Assembly (NCBI GenBank): GCA_964540055.1
Contig: CAZILC010000001.1
Span: 40,045-104,044, forward strand
Length of the DNA: 64,000 bases
Source of the DNA: an uncultured Gammaproteobacteria bacterium
GTDB lineage: Bacteria > Patescibacteriota > Microgenomatia > Levybacterales > UBA12049
Direction: 5' to 3'
Under the pieces are notes generated by a model. That model did no database searches and was not told the DNA's origin. It worked only from the letters and a program-made list of their open reading frames with translations. Positions 1 to 8,139 of the stretch are shown in pieces; position 1 is the first letter of the stretch; each line of letters opens with the position of its first letter. Position numbers and translations under genes: made by a program.

Positions 1-513
1 TGCTTCTATAAGTTTGAGTTTTGAATAACTATCTTTAAAAAGTTTTTTACCCATTCCTAAAACGACCGGATAAACGAGAATTCTAAATTCATCAACCAAA
101 CCAAGCTCCAAAAGAAAATTCACCAGTTGCCCGCTACCATAGACAATAATATCTTTCCCCTCTTTCCCCTTTAATCGTGCGATCTCTTTGGCAACATCTT
201 TTTTAATAATCTCAGAATTTTCCCACTCTGCTTTTTTAAGCGTTTTTGACACAACATATTTTTTCATGCTATTAAATTTTTTCCCGAACTCATCTTCCTG
301 CATCTTAGGCCAGGCAATCGCGAATGCCTCATACGTAATTCTGCCTAGAAGTTGTGCATCTGCTGCCTTAAGTTCCTCACTTTTAAAATTCATGAATTCA
401 TCATTGCCATAGTTCATTGTCCACCCCTCATATTTAAACCCTGATCCGTCAGGACCCGGTGCTTCAAAAACCCCATCAAGTGACATAAATTCTGTGACAA
501 CAATTCTTCTCAT
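1..513 (-). CDS. dihydrofolate reductase-family protein (RibD C-terminal-like); C-terminus cut by window edge
   Basis: Absent from the ORF track because it runs off the window. ATG at 513..511. Translation MRRIVVTEFMSLDGVFEAPG...LLGRITYEAFAIAWP...IIVYGSGQLVNFLLELGLVDEFRILVYPVVLG fits the YwjB/YyaP DHFR-like family. Confidence 0.7.
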   Translation of the reverse strand, partial: MRRIVVTEFMSLDGVFEAPGPDGSGFKYEGWTMNYGNDEFMNFKSEELKAADAQLLGRITYEAFAIAWPKMQEDEFGKKFNSMKKYVVSKTLKKAEWENSEIIKKDVAKEIARLKGKEGKDIIVYGSGQLVNFLLELGLVDEFRILVYPVVLGMGKKLFKDSYSKLKLIEA

Positions 514-589
514 AAGATAACAGAAACTTTTTACTGGGAAAGTATACCTCTACTATAGCATATCTGTTAGTTTAAATCAGTAATAAAAC

Positions 590-615
590 AAACAAATCCG
601 GCCGGATTTTTAATT
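590..615 (-). terminator. rho-independent terminator candidate
   Basis: Perfect hairpin AAATCCGG/CCGGATTT (594..609) followed on the minus strand by a T-rich run, just after the stop at 623. Confidence 0.6.
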
Positions 616-622
616 AAAAAAA

Positions 623-1129
623 TTATTTCCCCGCATAAGCTTTTTTCAGCTCTGCGATATCAAATTTTTTCATTCGTAAAAAGCAAGCTGTAACTCGCTC
701 AACTTTTTTCTTATCTGCATCAGCCAACATTTCACTTAAGACTGTCGGAACAATTTGCCATGTGACTCCGAATTTATCTTTGCACCACCCGCACTGTTCT
801 GCTTGTGGAACGGCAGATAATTTTTTCCAAAAAGTATCAATTTCTTCTTGTGTGTCACACATAACGACAAATGAAATAGCGGAAGTGTTAAGATCAAATT
901 GTGGAATTTTACCACCGTTTAAAAATTGAAAATTCACTCCGTCAAGCTCTAGATCAACAGACATGATACTTCCTGCCGGCATTCCCACAACTGATTCTGC
1001 CGCTTCAGGATACTTTTGCATAGCTTTAATTTTGCTATTCTTAAATACGGAAACATAATATTCAGCTGCATCTTCAGCTCCCTTTTCAAACCATAAAAAT
1101 GGTGTTATTTTTTGTGTAATTTTTGCCAT
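623..1129 (-). CDS. VOC-superfamily protein, PhnB / 3-demethylubiquinone-9 3-methyltransferase-domain type
   Basis: ORF 623..1162. Start moved to ATG 1129 because AGGAGGTG lies 6 nt upstream. The N-terminus ITPFLWFEKGAEDAAEYYVSVF is typical of this family. Confidence 0.7.
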   Translation of the reverse strand: MAKITQKITPFLWFEKGAEDAAEYYVSVFKNSKIKAMQKYPEAAESVVGMPAGSIMSVDLELDGVNFQFLNGGKIPQFDLNTSAISFVVMCDTQEEIDTFWKKLSAVPQAEQCGWCKDKFGVTWQIVPTVLSEMLADADKKKVERVTACFLRMKKFDIAELKKAYAGK

Positions 1130-1249
1130 ACTTATCACCTCCTCTACCTTGATTATTCTCATCTAAAATCGAGGATGCCGAAATGGTTTAACCTTTCGGC
1201 GCCTTCCTCTGAATGTCTCCCTCCCTTGAGAGAGACAGTCAGAGAGTAA

Positions 1250-1657
1250 TTACTTTTTTGCAGTAATATTTACCATCCAGTGAATTCCGAATTTATCGGT
1301 AAGTTGACCATAGGTGTCTCCCCAAAATTGTTTTGCCAAAGGCATATCTTCTTTTCCTCCTTCTGAAAGTTTGTTGAAGTATTCTGTTAATTTTACTTCA
1401 TCATCTCCCATCAGACACATATGAACACTATTACCTGGGGTGACTTGATGTTCTTCATTGCCGTCACTAGCATAGAATGTTATCCCTTCGGCGATTAACG
1501 AACCATGCATAAGATAATCCTTTTGGGCATCATTTTTTGCCTGACCTGAATCACCATAACTTTGTATGTCTAGCTTTCCACCGAAAATCGAATGATAAAA
1601 TTTCATCGCTTCGGTTCCTTTTCCCATAAAATTTAAATACGGATTTAGTTGCACCAT
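1250..1657 (-). CDS. VOC/glyoxalase-family protein (PhnB-like)
   Basis: 135 aa. LNPYLNFMGKGTEAMKFYHSIFGG ... FGIHWMV pattern of PhnB-like VOC proteins. Confidence 0.7.
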   Translation of the reverse strand: MVQLNPYLNFMGKGTEAMKFYHSIFGGKLDIQSYGDSGQAKNDAQKDYLMHGSLIAEGITFYASDGNEEHQVTPGNSVHMCLMGDDEVKLTEYFNKLSEGGKEDMPLAKQFWGDTYGQLTDKFGIHWMVNITAKK

Positions 1658-1660
1658 GTA

Positions 1661-2461
1661 TTATTCACCCCCTTCCTTAAAAAACTTCTTTAACTGAGGA
1701 ACAAGCACTTTTGCGTTAACAATATGAGTTTGCCCTTCCAGAATTGTATATTTTGCCTTCAAAACTTCTGCTAATGCTTTCATGCCATTTTTCATCCAAA
1801 CCGGACTTTTACTACCATTCATTACTAGCTTTGGAATCTTCACGTTATCCCATTCTTTCTTAGATAGTGCTTTGCCTTTTTGGTTTTCAATGGTGATGGC
1901 AAAATCATAAGGAAGCGTATGCGCGACACCGGTTAATTTTTTCCACATTGGCATAAACGGCATAAGAAAAAGAAAAAATGCAGGTACTCCCACAGTCTTC
2001 ATAAATAATTTCACTGCATCACCTTGACGATTATCAGTAATCAACTTTTTCATTTGCATCAAATATGCATCGGATAGTGGTTCATGTGTGTTATCAATGA
2101 AAAACGGAGCTTCATATAATGCAATTTTTTTAATTCCTTTTACACGAATGGCAGTAGCAAGAACCAATGCAGCGCCTGAAGACTGTCCAAAAAGAAAAAC
2201 AGAACCACCCAGTTCTTTTATAATAGCCTCTAAATCTTCTATTTCCTTTTCAACAGTATATGGCTGAGTGTCGCTACTATCTCCTCTTCCACGCCGATCA
2301 TAGGTAATTACTGAAAAATCTTCTGCTAGGAGATTGGCAATTGCTGGACTTGGCCCGAAAGATCGATAACATAACGCCCCATCGACCAGAATTACAACTG
2401 GACCGATACCAACCTTGTCATATACTATTTTTGTTCCGTCTTTTGAGATTGCTTTATTCAT
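1661..2461 (-). CDS. alpha/beta hydrolase
   Basis: 266 aa. Nucleophile elbow GQSSG, size and layout of the alpha/beta fold. 3-nt gap to the downstream gene. Confidence 0.75.
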   Translation of the reverse strand: MNKAISKDGTKIVYDKVGIGPVVILVDGALCYRSFGPSPAIANLLAEDFSVITYDRRGRGDSSDTQPYTVEKEIEDLEAIIKELGGSVFLFGQSSGAALVLATAIRVKGIKKIALYEAPFFIDNTHEPLSDAYLMQMKKLITDNRQGDAVKLFMKTVGVPAFFLFLMPFMPMWKKLTGVAHTLPYDFAITIENQKGKALSKKEWDNVKIPKLVMNGSKSPVWMKNGMKALAEVLKAKYTILEGQTHIVNAKVLVPQLKKFFKEGGE

Positions 2462-2516
2462 AGTTTTGAAAAATAAACCATATTTTGGAGGCAGCGGCTA
2501 ACTGCCCCCTAAATTT

Positions 2517-2990
2517 TTAAGCCTTCTGTAAAAATGTTCCTAATTTATCCAGTTGCATGTTCCAGCCCATCTCCATACCGGAAAGTGGCCCGGCTGCTTC
2601 CGGAGTTGCGATGGTGACAACGATATGAACTTTCATATGTGTCTTATCACCATCTTCTTCAAATGTTACCGTTGCAAGATGTTGCAAAACTTCTTTGCCG
2701 TCCACAATCGCATTACCGATAAAAACCAATTTATTAGGTTCTTCAATTTCTTTAAATTCACCCGTCATCGGCCATTTTTGGCCGCTCATCGGTCCTAATT
2801 CTTCACCGGCAAGCATCACCAAGTCAATATTTCCTCCAGGGTAAGTTTCCCATTTGTTTACTGTATTGGTAACGCCATTTGGTCCCCACCACTCCTTCAC
2901 CATTTCTGGATCGGTCCAGGCTTTGAAAACCAAATCACGCGGTGCATCAAAGGTCCTTTCAAGAGTTAATTCTTTTTTACTTTCTTCCAT
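2517..2990 (-). CDS. SRPBCC-domain protein (AHSA1/Aha1-like)
   Basis: 157 aa. LTLERTFDAPRDLVFKAWTDPEMVKEWWGP is the typical AHSA1 N-terminus. Overlaps the ArsR gene by 14 nt, a well-known ArsR-SRPBCC pairing. Confidence 0.8.
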   Translation of the reverse strand: MEESKKELTLERTFDAPRDLVFKAWTDPEMVKEWWGPNGVTNTVNKWETYPGGNIDLVMLAGEELGPMSGQKWPMTGEFKEIEEPNKLVFIGNAIVDGKEVLQHLATVTFEEDGDKTHMKVHIVVTIATPEAAGPLSGMEMGWNMQLDKLGTFLQKA

Positions 2991-3315
2991 GTTTACTCAC
3001 CTCCTTGTGTTTTTTTCTTTGCAAAAATGCATCAAGTCTATTAAAACGCTCTTCCCATATTTTGCGGTATTTTTCAAGCCATACATCTATTTCTTTAAAT
3101 TTTTGTGGAGATAATTCGTAAATTCTTTGATTTGCCTGAGGATGTACCTCAACAATCCCTGCATCAGCCAGAACTTTAAGGTGTTTTGAAACTTGCGGCT
3201 GGCGGATATGCAATGTATCGACTAGTTCGTTAACTCCTCGTGGCCTATCACGTAAAAGTTCTACAATTTGAAAACGATTCGGTTCAGCAAGAGCTTGAAA
3301 TGTCATTGGATTCAT
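2977..3315 (-). CDS. ArsR/SmtB-family transcriptional regulator
   Basis: 112 aa. FQALAEPNRFQIVELL...VNELVDTLHIRQPQVSKHLKVLADAGIV winged-HTH signature. Confidence 0.85.
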   Translation of the reverse strand: MNPMTFQALAEPNRFQIVELLRDRPRGVNELVDTLHIRQPQVSKHLKVLADAGIVEVHPQANQRIYELSPQKFKEIDVWLEKYRKIWEERFNRLDAFLQRKKHKEVSKHGRK

Positions 3316-3324
3316 AGTAAACTG

Positions 3325-3354
3325 AATATATCATATGAGGAATATTCTTGTCAA
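3325..3354 (-). promoter_or_regulatory. arsR promoter: TTGACA-18-TATATT, with the ATG 9 nt downstream (leaderless type)
   Basis: Minus-strand read: TTGACA (3354..3349), TATATT (3330..3325), cagtttact, ATG (3315). Confidence 0.6.
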
Positions 3355-3361
3355 GGAATAT
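3342..3361. promoter_or_regulatory. inverted repeat ATATTC-N8-GAATAT over the arsR -35 (candidate ArsR operator)
   Basis: The perfect 6-bp arms are centred on the TTGACA box. A GGAATAT direct repeat is also present. Confidence 0.45.
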
Positions 3362-3378
3362 AGTAAATTGTTTACTTA

Positions 3379-3786
3379 TTACTTTTTTTGAGGTATTGCG
3401 GCTGTACAAAAAGCGCAACGGGTTGCTTTGATATTAATTTCTGAAAAACAATACGGACATTTTTTCGTCGTTGGATCAAGTGTTTTTCCCTTATTGGAGA
3501 GTTCCTGTAATTTATTCATCGGCAGAACTACTAAAAAATAAATAACAACAGCTACTATCAAAAAAGAAATCAGAGCGTTAATAAAATCTCCATAGGTAAT
3601 TTTTACCGATCCTATTGAAAAATAAAGAGAAGCGAGTTTACCATTTCCACTTATGAAGGTCTCAATTGGAGTAAAAAAGCTCTTAACAAAAGAAGAAACT
3701 ACCGTATTAAAAGAGGCACCAATGACCACACCGACAGCCAGATCTACAACATTTCCCCGTAAAATAAACTTTTTAAATCCATCCAT
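3379..3786 (-). CDS. mscL: large-conductance mechanosensitive channel MscL with C-terminal Cys4 tail
   Basis: FKKFILRGNVVDLAVGVVIGASF is the MscL hallmark. C-terminus has CPYC...CAFC. Confidence 0.85.
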   Translation of the reverse strand: MDGFKKFILRGNVVDLAVGVVIGASFNTVVSSFVKSFFTPIETFISGNGKLASLYFSIGSVKITYGDFINALISFLIVAVVIYFLVVLPMNKLQELSNKGKTLDPTTKKCPYCFSEINIKATRCAFCTAAIPQKK

Positions 3787-3795
3787 ACTAAGCTT

Positions 3796-3823
3796 ATTCT
3801 AACAGACTTTCCTGATGAGTCAA
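3796..3823 (-). promoter_or_regulatory. mscL promoter: TTGACT-16-TAGAAT, with the ATG 9 nt downstream
   Basis: Minus-strand read: TTGACT (3823..3818), TAGAAT (3801..3796), aagcttagt, ATG (3786). Confidence 0.6.
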
Positions 3824-3908
3824 TTATTAATAAAATAGTAATCTAAAGCATATTTTAAGTTTTTTCAGATATCTTAAAATACTCTTTAGTAATTAATACT
3901 TTACAAGT

Positions 3909-3937
3909 TTGTTAGAATAAAGTATTATTTTTTATAT
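3909..3937 (+). promoter_or_regulatory. promoter: TTGTTA-17-TTATAT, with the ATG 6 nt downstream
   Basis: TTGTTA at 3909..3914, TTATAT at 3932..3937, ctttct, ATG at 3944. Confidence 0.5.
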
Positions 3938-3943
3938 CTTTCT

Positions 3944-4492
3944 ATGTCGAAATCAGCAACTCATATAGTCTATATAGTTATTATTGTCATTCTCCTCGCC
4001 GGATTGGGCGGCGAATACATGTACTTCCACAACAAGCAACAGCAGCAACAAGCAATGATGGCGACTAGTAAACCTGCTATGAATAATCAAATGATGATGA
4101 AACCTAAAGGTGGCAAAGGCTCAGATATGATGGCGATGATGATGGCGCCAGTCACTCCTCCACCTGTGAGTGATCAACAGCAATCGCAACTAACCGCGGG
4201 CACCGAAAAAACATCTACTACAAAAACGTTTAATATAACAGGCGGCAACTATTATTTTGTTCCGGACAAAATTACTGTCAATGAAGGAGACAAAGTTACA
4301 TTTGTTATGACTAACGCGGGAGGATTTCATAATCTGGTCATTGATGAACTTGGTGTCAAAACCCCGATGATCAAAACCGGAGAGGCAGTAACAGCTACTT
4401 TTACCGCCAGTAAAAAAGGCACATTCACCTACTACTGCAGTGTTAAAGGACACAAGCAAAAAGGCATGTTCGGAACACTTACCGTTCAATAA
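3944..4492 (+). CDS. membrane-anchored cupredoxin (type-1 blue copper protein) with Met/Gln-rich linker
   Basis: N-terminal TM helix. Linker QQQQQAMMATSKPAMNNQMMMKPKGGKGSDMMAMMMAP. The C-terminal domain carries GGFHN ... YYCSVKGHKQKGM, i.e. His ... Cys-x4-His-x4-Met ligands as in auracyanin-type cupredoxins. Confidence 0.75.
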   Translation: MSKSATHIVYIVIIVILLAGLGGEYMYFHNKQQQQQAMMATSKPAMNNQMMMKPKGGKGSDMMAMMMAPVTPPPVSDQQQSQLTAGTEKTSTTKTFNITGGNYYFVPDKITVNEGDKVTFVMTNAGGFHNLVIDELGVKTPMIKTGEAVTATFTASKKGTFTYYCSVKGHKQKGMFGTLTVQ

Positions 4493-4518
4493 TCTTCATA
4501 ACCACACTTCCTTCACTA

Positions 4519-4547
4519 TTGACTATTTTTGCTGAGCAATATAATAT
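4519..4547 (+). promoter_or_regulatory. promoter: TTGACT-17-TAATAT, driving a ~120-nt leader
   Basis: TTGACT at 4519..4524, TAATAT at 4542..4547. Unlike most units in this window the ATG (4676) lies far downstream. Confidence 0.55.
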
Positions 4548-4553
4548 ATCTTC

Positions 4554-4675
4554 TATATTCTTTCGGGGATTTGTGTAAATCAAAATCGGTGGTAAACTCC
4601 ACGAGTTTCGAAAAGAAACACGAGTCTGTGTAACTCAGACAGCGACCGTACAGTCGGGATGAAAGAAAGAATTTT
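4554..4675 (+). promoter_or_regulatory. candidate structured 5' leader (unclassified cis-regulatory RNA)
   Basis: TTCTTTC (4558..4564) can pair with GAAAGAA (4661..4667) just before the ATG. Internal hairpins: GTTTC-gaaaa-GAAAC, GTCTG-tgtaact-CAGAC, CGAC-cgtaca-GTCG. CACGAG occurs twice. Confidence 0.3.
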
Positions 4676-5584
4676 ATGAAAAAGCTGTTAGCCTTTGGTC
4701 CGCTGTTTATTATTATTGCTGCTCTGTTATGGGCGTTTGATGGAGTACTGAGAATCAGTCTCTATTCCCTACCGCCTGCAGTTATTGTTTTCTACGAGCA
4801 TGTTTTGGGTTTTTTCGTGCTTCTCTTCTTCGTTTCAAAATGGTTTGGAGAATTGAAAAAAATGAAACGCAAGGAATGGATTGCGATCATTGCAGTTTCA
4901 TTGTTCTCAGGAGCTCTGGGCACTATCTTTTATACATCAGCACTTCAACTCGTACAATATACCCAATATTCAGTAGTAGTACTTTTACAACAACAGCTTC
5001 AGCCAATCTGGGCAATTTTGGTTGCTGCAATTTTACTAAAAGAAAAATTAACAAAGCATTTCATACTCTGGGCGATAGTTGCTTTAGTAGGAGCCTATTT
5101 TATTACTTTTAAGGACCTTCATGTCAATTTGGCAACAGGTAGCGGCACTCTTGAGGCAGGATTATTGGCAATTGGAGCGGGATTTATGTGGGGAAGCACA
5201 ACTGCTATCAGTAAATTTACCCTCAACAAAGTTTCACATGTCGCTGCAACTGCTCTACGATTTTTCTTCGCACCAATTTTTGCATTCATTTTTGTCGTGA
5301 GTTTTAATCAAACTTCGGCTCTTTTTACCCTTAATCAACAACAATGGCTAACGCTCCTTCTTATTACTTTCACAACCGGCATGGTCGCAATACTTATTTA
5401 TTATTACGGCCTACGTAAAGTACAGGCGAAGGCAAGTGCTATATATGAACTAACATTCCCCGCTGCAGCAATTTTCATTGATTTCTTTTTGTATCATAAG
5501 ACACTTTCGTTCTCTCAAGTTATGGGTGTGGGTATTCTTATCCTTGCAATGGCTCAGGTGACTAAAAACTTTAAAAAGAGTTGA
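4676..5584 (+). CDS. EamA/DMT-family transporter
   Basis: 302 aa, about 10 TM helices, duplicated EamA-like halves. Confidence 0.8.
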   Translation: MKKLLAFGPLFIIIAALLWAFDGVLRISLYSLPPAVIVFYEHVLGFFVLLFFVSKWFGELKKMKRKEWIAIIAVSLFSGALGTIFYTSALQLVQYTQYSVVVLLQQQLQPIWAILVAAILLKEKLTKHFILWAIVALVGAYFITFKDLHVNLATGSGTLEAGLLAIGAGFMWGSTTAISKFTLNKVSHVAATALRFFFAPIFAFIFVVSFNQTSALFTLNQQQWLTLLLITFTTGMVAILIYYYGLRKVQAKASAIYELTFPAAAIFIDFFLYHKTLSFSQVMGVGILILAMAQVTKNFKKS

Positions 5585-5610
5585 CAAAGAAAATTAAAGT
5601 CTGCTATCGT
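5581..5610 (+). promoter_or_regulatory. promoter: TTGACA-18-TATCGT, with the ATG 6 nt downstream
   Basis: TTGACA at 5581..5586 overlaps the EamA stop codon. TATCGT at 5605..5610. ATG at 5617. Confidence 0.45.
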
Positions 5611-5616
5611 TAGTAC

Positions 5617-6213
5617 ATGGATCAGAAACCCGAAGATCAAAAACAAGACCCAGCACAAACCCCGCCTTCAACGGATCAGGCATCTGCTGCAAGCGGAACC
5701 GAAACTCCTCCTGCAAGTAATCCGGAAACTCCCTCGCCGGTCACTTCAGATAAACCAACTCCCACACCCGCAACTGATGCTACCAGTACTGACGCATCAA
5801 CAACTCCAACACCAGCTCCAACCGATGCAGCAACTCCTGCTACTCCTCCTGCTCCATCTACAGCGCCGACAACTCCTCTAGCTCCACCAGCTAAAGGCAA
5901 ACCAAAGGCAATGATTGTAATTATTGTAATGGTGTTAGTTTTCATTGCTGCTGCGGGTGGATACCTTTATATGACGATGCAAAATCAACAAAAGCCTATG
6001 GCTCCCAAAGCACCACCGGCCGTTGTAAACCCAACTGCAGTACCAGTTACTGCTCCTCCAACTCCGGCAATTTCACCTGTAACAACCGGTAATGTTGATT
6101 CAACACTGAATAATAGTGATGCAAAAGTTAAAGAAGCTACTGATCAAGCACAAACTGATCTGAATAGCGTCAAGAAAGTTAATTCTTCACAAGACAGTAC
6201 TTCAGGGTTATGA
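5617..6213 (+). CDS. hypothetical single-pass membrane protein, Pro/Thr/Ala-rich
   Basis: 198 aa. Low-complexity PT-rich N-terminal half, one TM helix (MIVIIVMVLVFIAAAGGYLYM). No recognisable domain. Confidence 0.5.
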   Translation: MDQKPEDQKQDPAQTPPSTDQASAASGTETPPASNPETPSPVTSDKPTPTPATDATSTDASTTPTPAPTDAATPATPPAPSTAPTTPLAPPAKGKPKAMIVIIVMVLVFIAAAGGYLYMTMQNQQKPMAPKAPPAVVNPTAVPVTAPPTPAISPVTTGNVDSTLNNSDAKVKEATDQAQTDLNSVKKVNSSQDSTSGL

Positions 6214-7091
6214 AAAAAATAGTTTATTTTATTACTGCAGTCCTCGCCTGCGGAAGTATCTCATTTGCTCAAGCTGTAGTTCCTGCCTTTGCGGCTAATA
6301 CTCTGGGTGGGCAGAAATTGTTGAATGCTACCAATAAAATAGAAGAACATAAACAAGAAATGTCCAGCAAATCGGCAGATAAATCGGCAAATCAGCTAGA
6401 TAATATCAAAAGCAGAGCCGATGCATTAATAATGAACAGGCTTGATTCATTAAATGAGTTATTAAACCGCGTACAGAATGATTCGAGGCTGACTACACCT
6501 GAAAAAAGCAGTCTAACACAAAATATTCAACAAAGTGTAAGTGGATTAACAACGTTAAAGGCAAAAATCGATGCAGATACCAATGTGACCACGGCACGTG
6601 CGGATGCTAAAACAATTATTACTGGTTATTACGTATACGCAGTCTTTGAACCTAAGATAAGGTTGTTAGTCACCTTAAATAATTTACAAACAACAGCAGG
6701 CTATGTGCAAGCTCTCGTCCCGCAATTGCAAAATGTGATAAATAATGTAAAATCACAAGGAAAAGATACTACTCAATTACAACAATCACTTGACGATGTA
6801 TCAACGCAACTAAAAACTATTAATACAACGTTGATTAGCGATATCACCGCAGTTCAAAATATATCTACCACAACCAAACGTAACTCGCAGGACTTTAGTA
6901 AAGTGCAACAGGACATCGCGCAAATTGTCAGAAGTGGATTTGCTAAAATCCGCGCCGACTTTGCCTCGATGAGACCTGAGTTCAAACAAGAAATCGGATC
7001 AGTTTCTGTAACTCCAGGAACACCAACAAATGTCCCCCCAACTGAAACGGTTTCAGTGACTCCCACCACATCACCCGCTCCCACACAATAA
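6210..7091 (+). CDS. hypothetical secreted protein (signal peptide, helical/coiled-coil, PT-rich tail)
   Basis: 293 aa. ATGA overlap with the upstream gene. Signal peptide MKKIVYFITAVLACGSISFAQA. Confidence 0.5.
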   Translation: MKKIVYFITAVLACGSISFAQAVVPAFAANTLGGQKLLNATNKIEEHKQEMSSKSADKSANQLDNIKSRADALIMNRLDSLNELLNRVQNDSRLTTPEKSSLTQNIQQSVSGLTTLKAKIDADTNVTTARADAKTIITGYYVYAVFEPKIRLLVTLNNLQTTAGYVQALVPQLQNVINNVKSQGKDTTQLQQSLDDVSTQLKTINTTLISDITAVQNISTTTKRNSQDFSKVQQDIAQIVRSGFAKIRADFASMRPEFKQEIGSVSVTPGTPTNVPPTETVSVTPTTSPAPTQ

Positions 7092-7099
7092 AGGTCTTG

Positions 7100-7108
7100 T
7101 GTTATACT
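7100..7108 (+). promoter_or_regulatory. extended -10 promoter TGtTATACT, with the ATG 8 nt downstream
   Basis: TG at 7100..7101, TATACT at 7103..7108, ATG at 7117. Confidence 0.45.
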
Positions 7109-7116
7109 AAAAAACT

Positions 7117-7695
7117 ATGTTAAATGCGTCAAACATTATTTTATTATTCTGGGTGATTTTTCTCGGCTATTGGATTATTAATTGGAAATCGGTAAAACCG
7201 ACGAAAGAAACAGCATGGCGCGCACCCGGGTTTCGATGGACGATTTTGTGGATAGTTATACTTTTAGTTTTGGCTTCACGGTTTCTTTTTCATACAAACG
7301 GATTTCATATTTTTACTTTTTCAACAAAACCGATCACACTCCTGGATATCATAGGAATTATTTTTGCTGGAATCGGATTGTATATCGCAATTGCTGCCAG
7401 AAAAACTCTTGCTGATAACTGGAGCAGCGATGTGGAATTAAAAAAAGATCACAAATTAATTACTCATGGAGTTTATAAATTAGTTCGACATCCGATTTAT
7501 ACTGGAATAATATTCATGGGCTTGGGCTCGATTATTGTTGACCAATCGATATTAGTCGCTCTTTTTTATACAGGTATGACAGCTTTTCTCATATTCAAAA
7601 TGAGAAAAGAAGAAAAGCTTTTGTACAAACATTTTCCCAAAGAATACCCTCAGTATATCAAAAAAACGAAAGCACTCATTCCTTTCATTTATTAA
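7117..7695 (+). CDS. isoprenylcysteine carboxyl methyltransferase (ICMT/PEMT)-family membrane methyltransferase
   Basis: 192 aa multi-TM protein. HGVYKLVRHPIYTGIIFMGLG matches the ICMT-family motif. Confidence 0.7.
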   Translation: MLNASNIILLFWVIFLGYWIINWKSVKPTKETAWRAPGFRWTILWIVILLVLASRFLFHTNGFHIFTFSTKPITLLDIIGIIFAGIGLYIAIAARKTLADNWSSDVELKKDHKLITHGVYKLVRHPIYTGIIFMGLGSIIVDQSILVALFYTGMTAFLIFKMRKEEKLLYKHFPKEYPQYIKKTKALIPFIY

Positions 7696-7699
7696 TAAT

Positions 7700-8137
7700 A
7701 TGCACCATGATACACACGTTTCGAATAGAAAACTTGCAGCACAAACAACACTACATTGTTTGTTAGGTTGTGGTGTTGGAGATATACTTGGAGTAATCAT
7801 AGGTACATTTTTAGGCTTGCCGTACGTCACAAGAATAGTAGTTGGTGTCATTTTTGGTTTTATTTTTGGTTTTATTTTCAGTGCGATTCCTCTACTTAAA
7901 GCAAACACATCTTTTGCAAATGCAGCAAAAATAATTTTGACTACAGAAACGTTAAGCATTCTGGCGATGGAAGCGGCAGAAGCAGGAACAGAATTACTTT
8001 TTCCTGGGATGAGAAGGATGGGACTTGTGCATATCCAATATTGGATCGGATTATTTACTGCTCTTGCAGCTGGATTTGTTGTAGCTTTTCCTGTTAATTA
8101 TGCATTGGTAAAACGAGGTATCCGGCATCACCACTAA
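7700..8137 (+). CDS. DUF4396-domain membrane protein
   Basis: 145 aa. TLHCLLGCGVGDILGVIIG resembles the conserved DUF4396 N-terminal motif. Confidence 0.6.
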   Translation: MHHDTHVSNRKLAAQTTLHCLLGCGVGDILGVIIGTFLGLPYVTRIVVGVIFGFIFGFIFSAIPLLKANTSFANAAKIILTTETLSILAMEAAEAGTELLFPGMRRMGLVHIQYWIGLFTALAAGFVVAFPVNYALVKRGIRHHH

Positions 8138-8139
8138 TT

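Noticed and set aside
3379-3480. The Cys4 tail on MscL as a novelty
   Set aside because: As far as I recall, C-terminal CPxC...CxxC extensions occur on MscL in several low-GC bacteria. It is noted in the feature but not flagged as a finding.
4558-4675. Known riboswitch classes for the EamA leader (guanidine-II because of two ACGA motifs; also TPP, cobalamin, fluoride, preQ1, ZTP)
   Set aside because: The ACGA tetranucleotides are not presented as tetraloops on stable GC stems. None of the conserved cores I remember for the other classes is present. I kept it only as an unclassified candidate.
5676-5945. Antisense ORFs in Pro/Thr-, Ser- or Gly-rich regions (also 25376..25582, 25895..26184, 49120..49461, 6854..7084)
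   Set aside because: Repetitive codon tracts stay open on the opposite strand or in other frames. All of these overlap better-supported genes.
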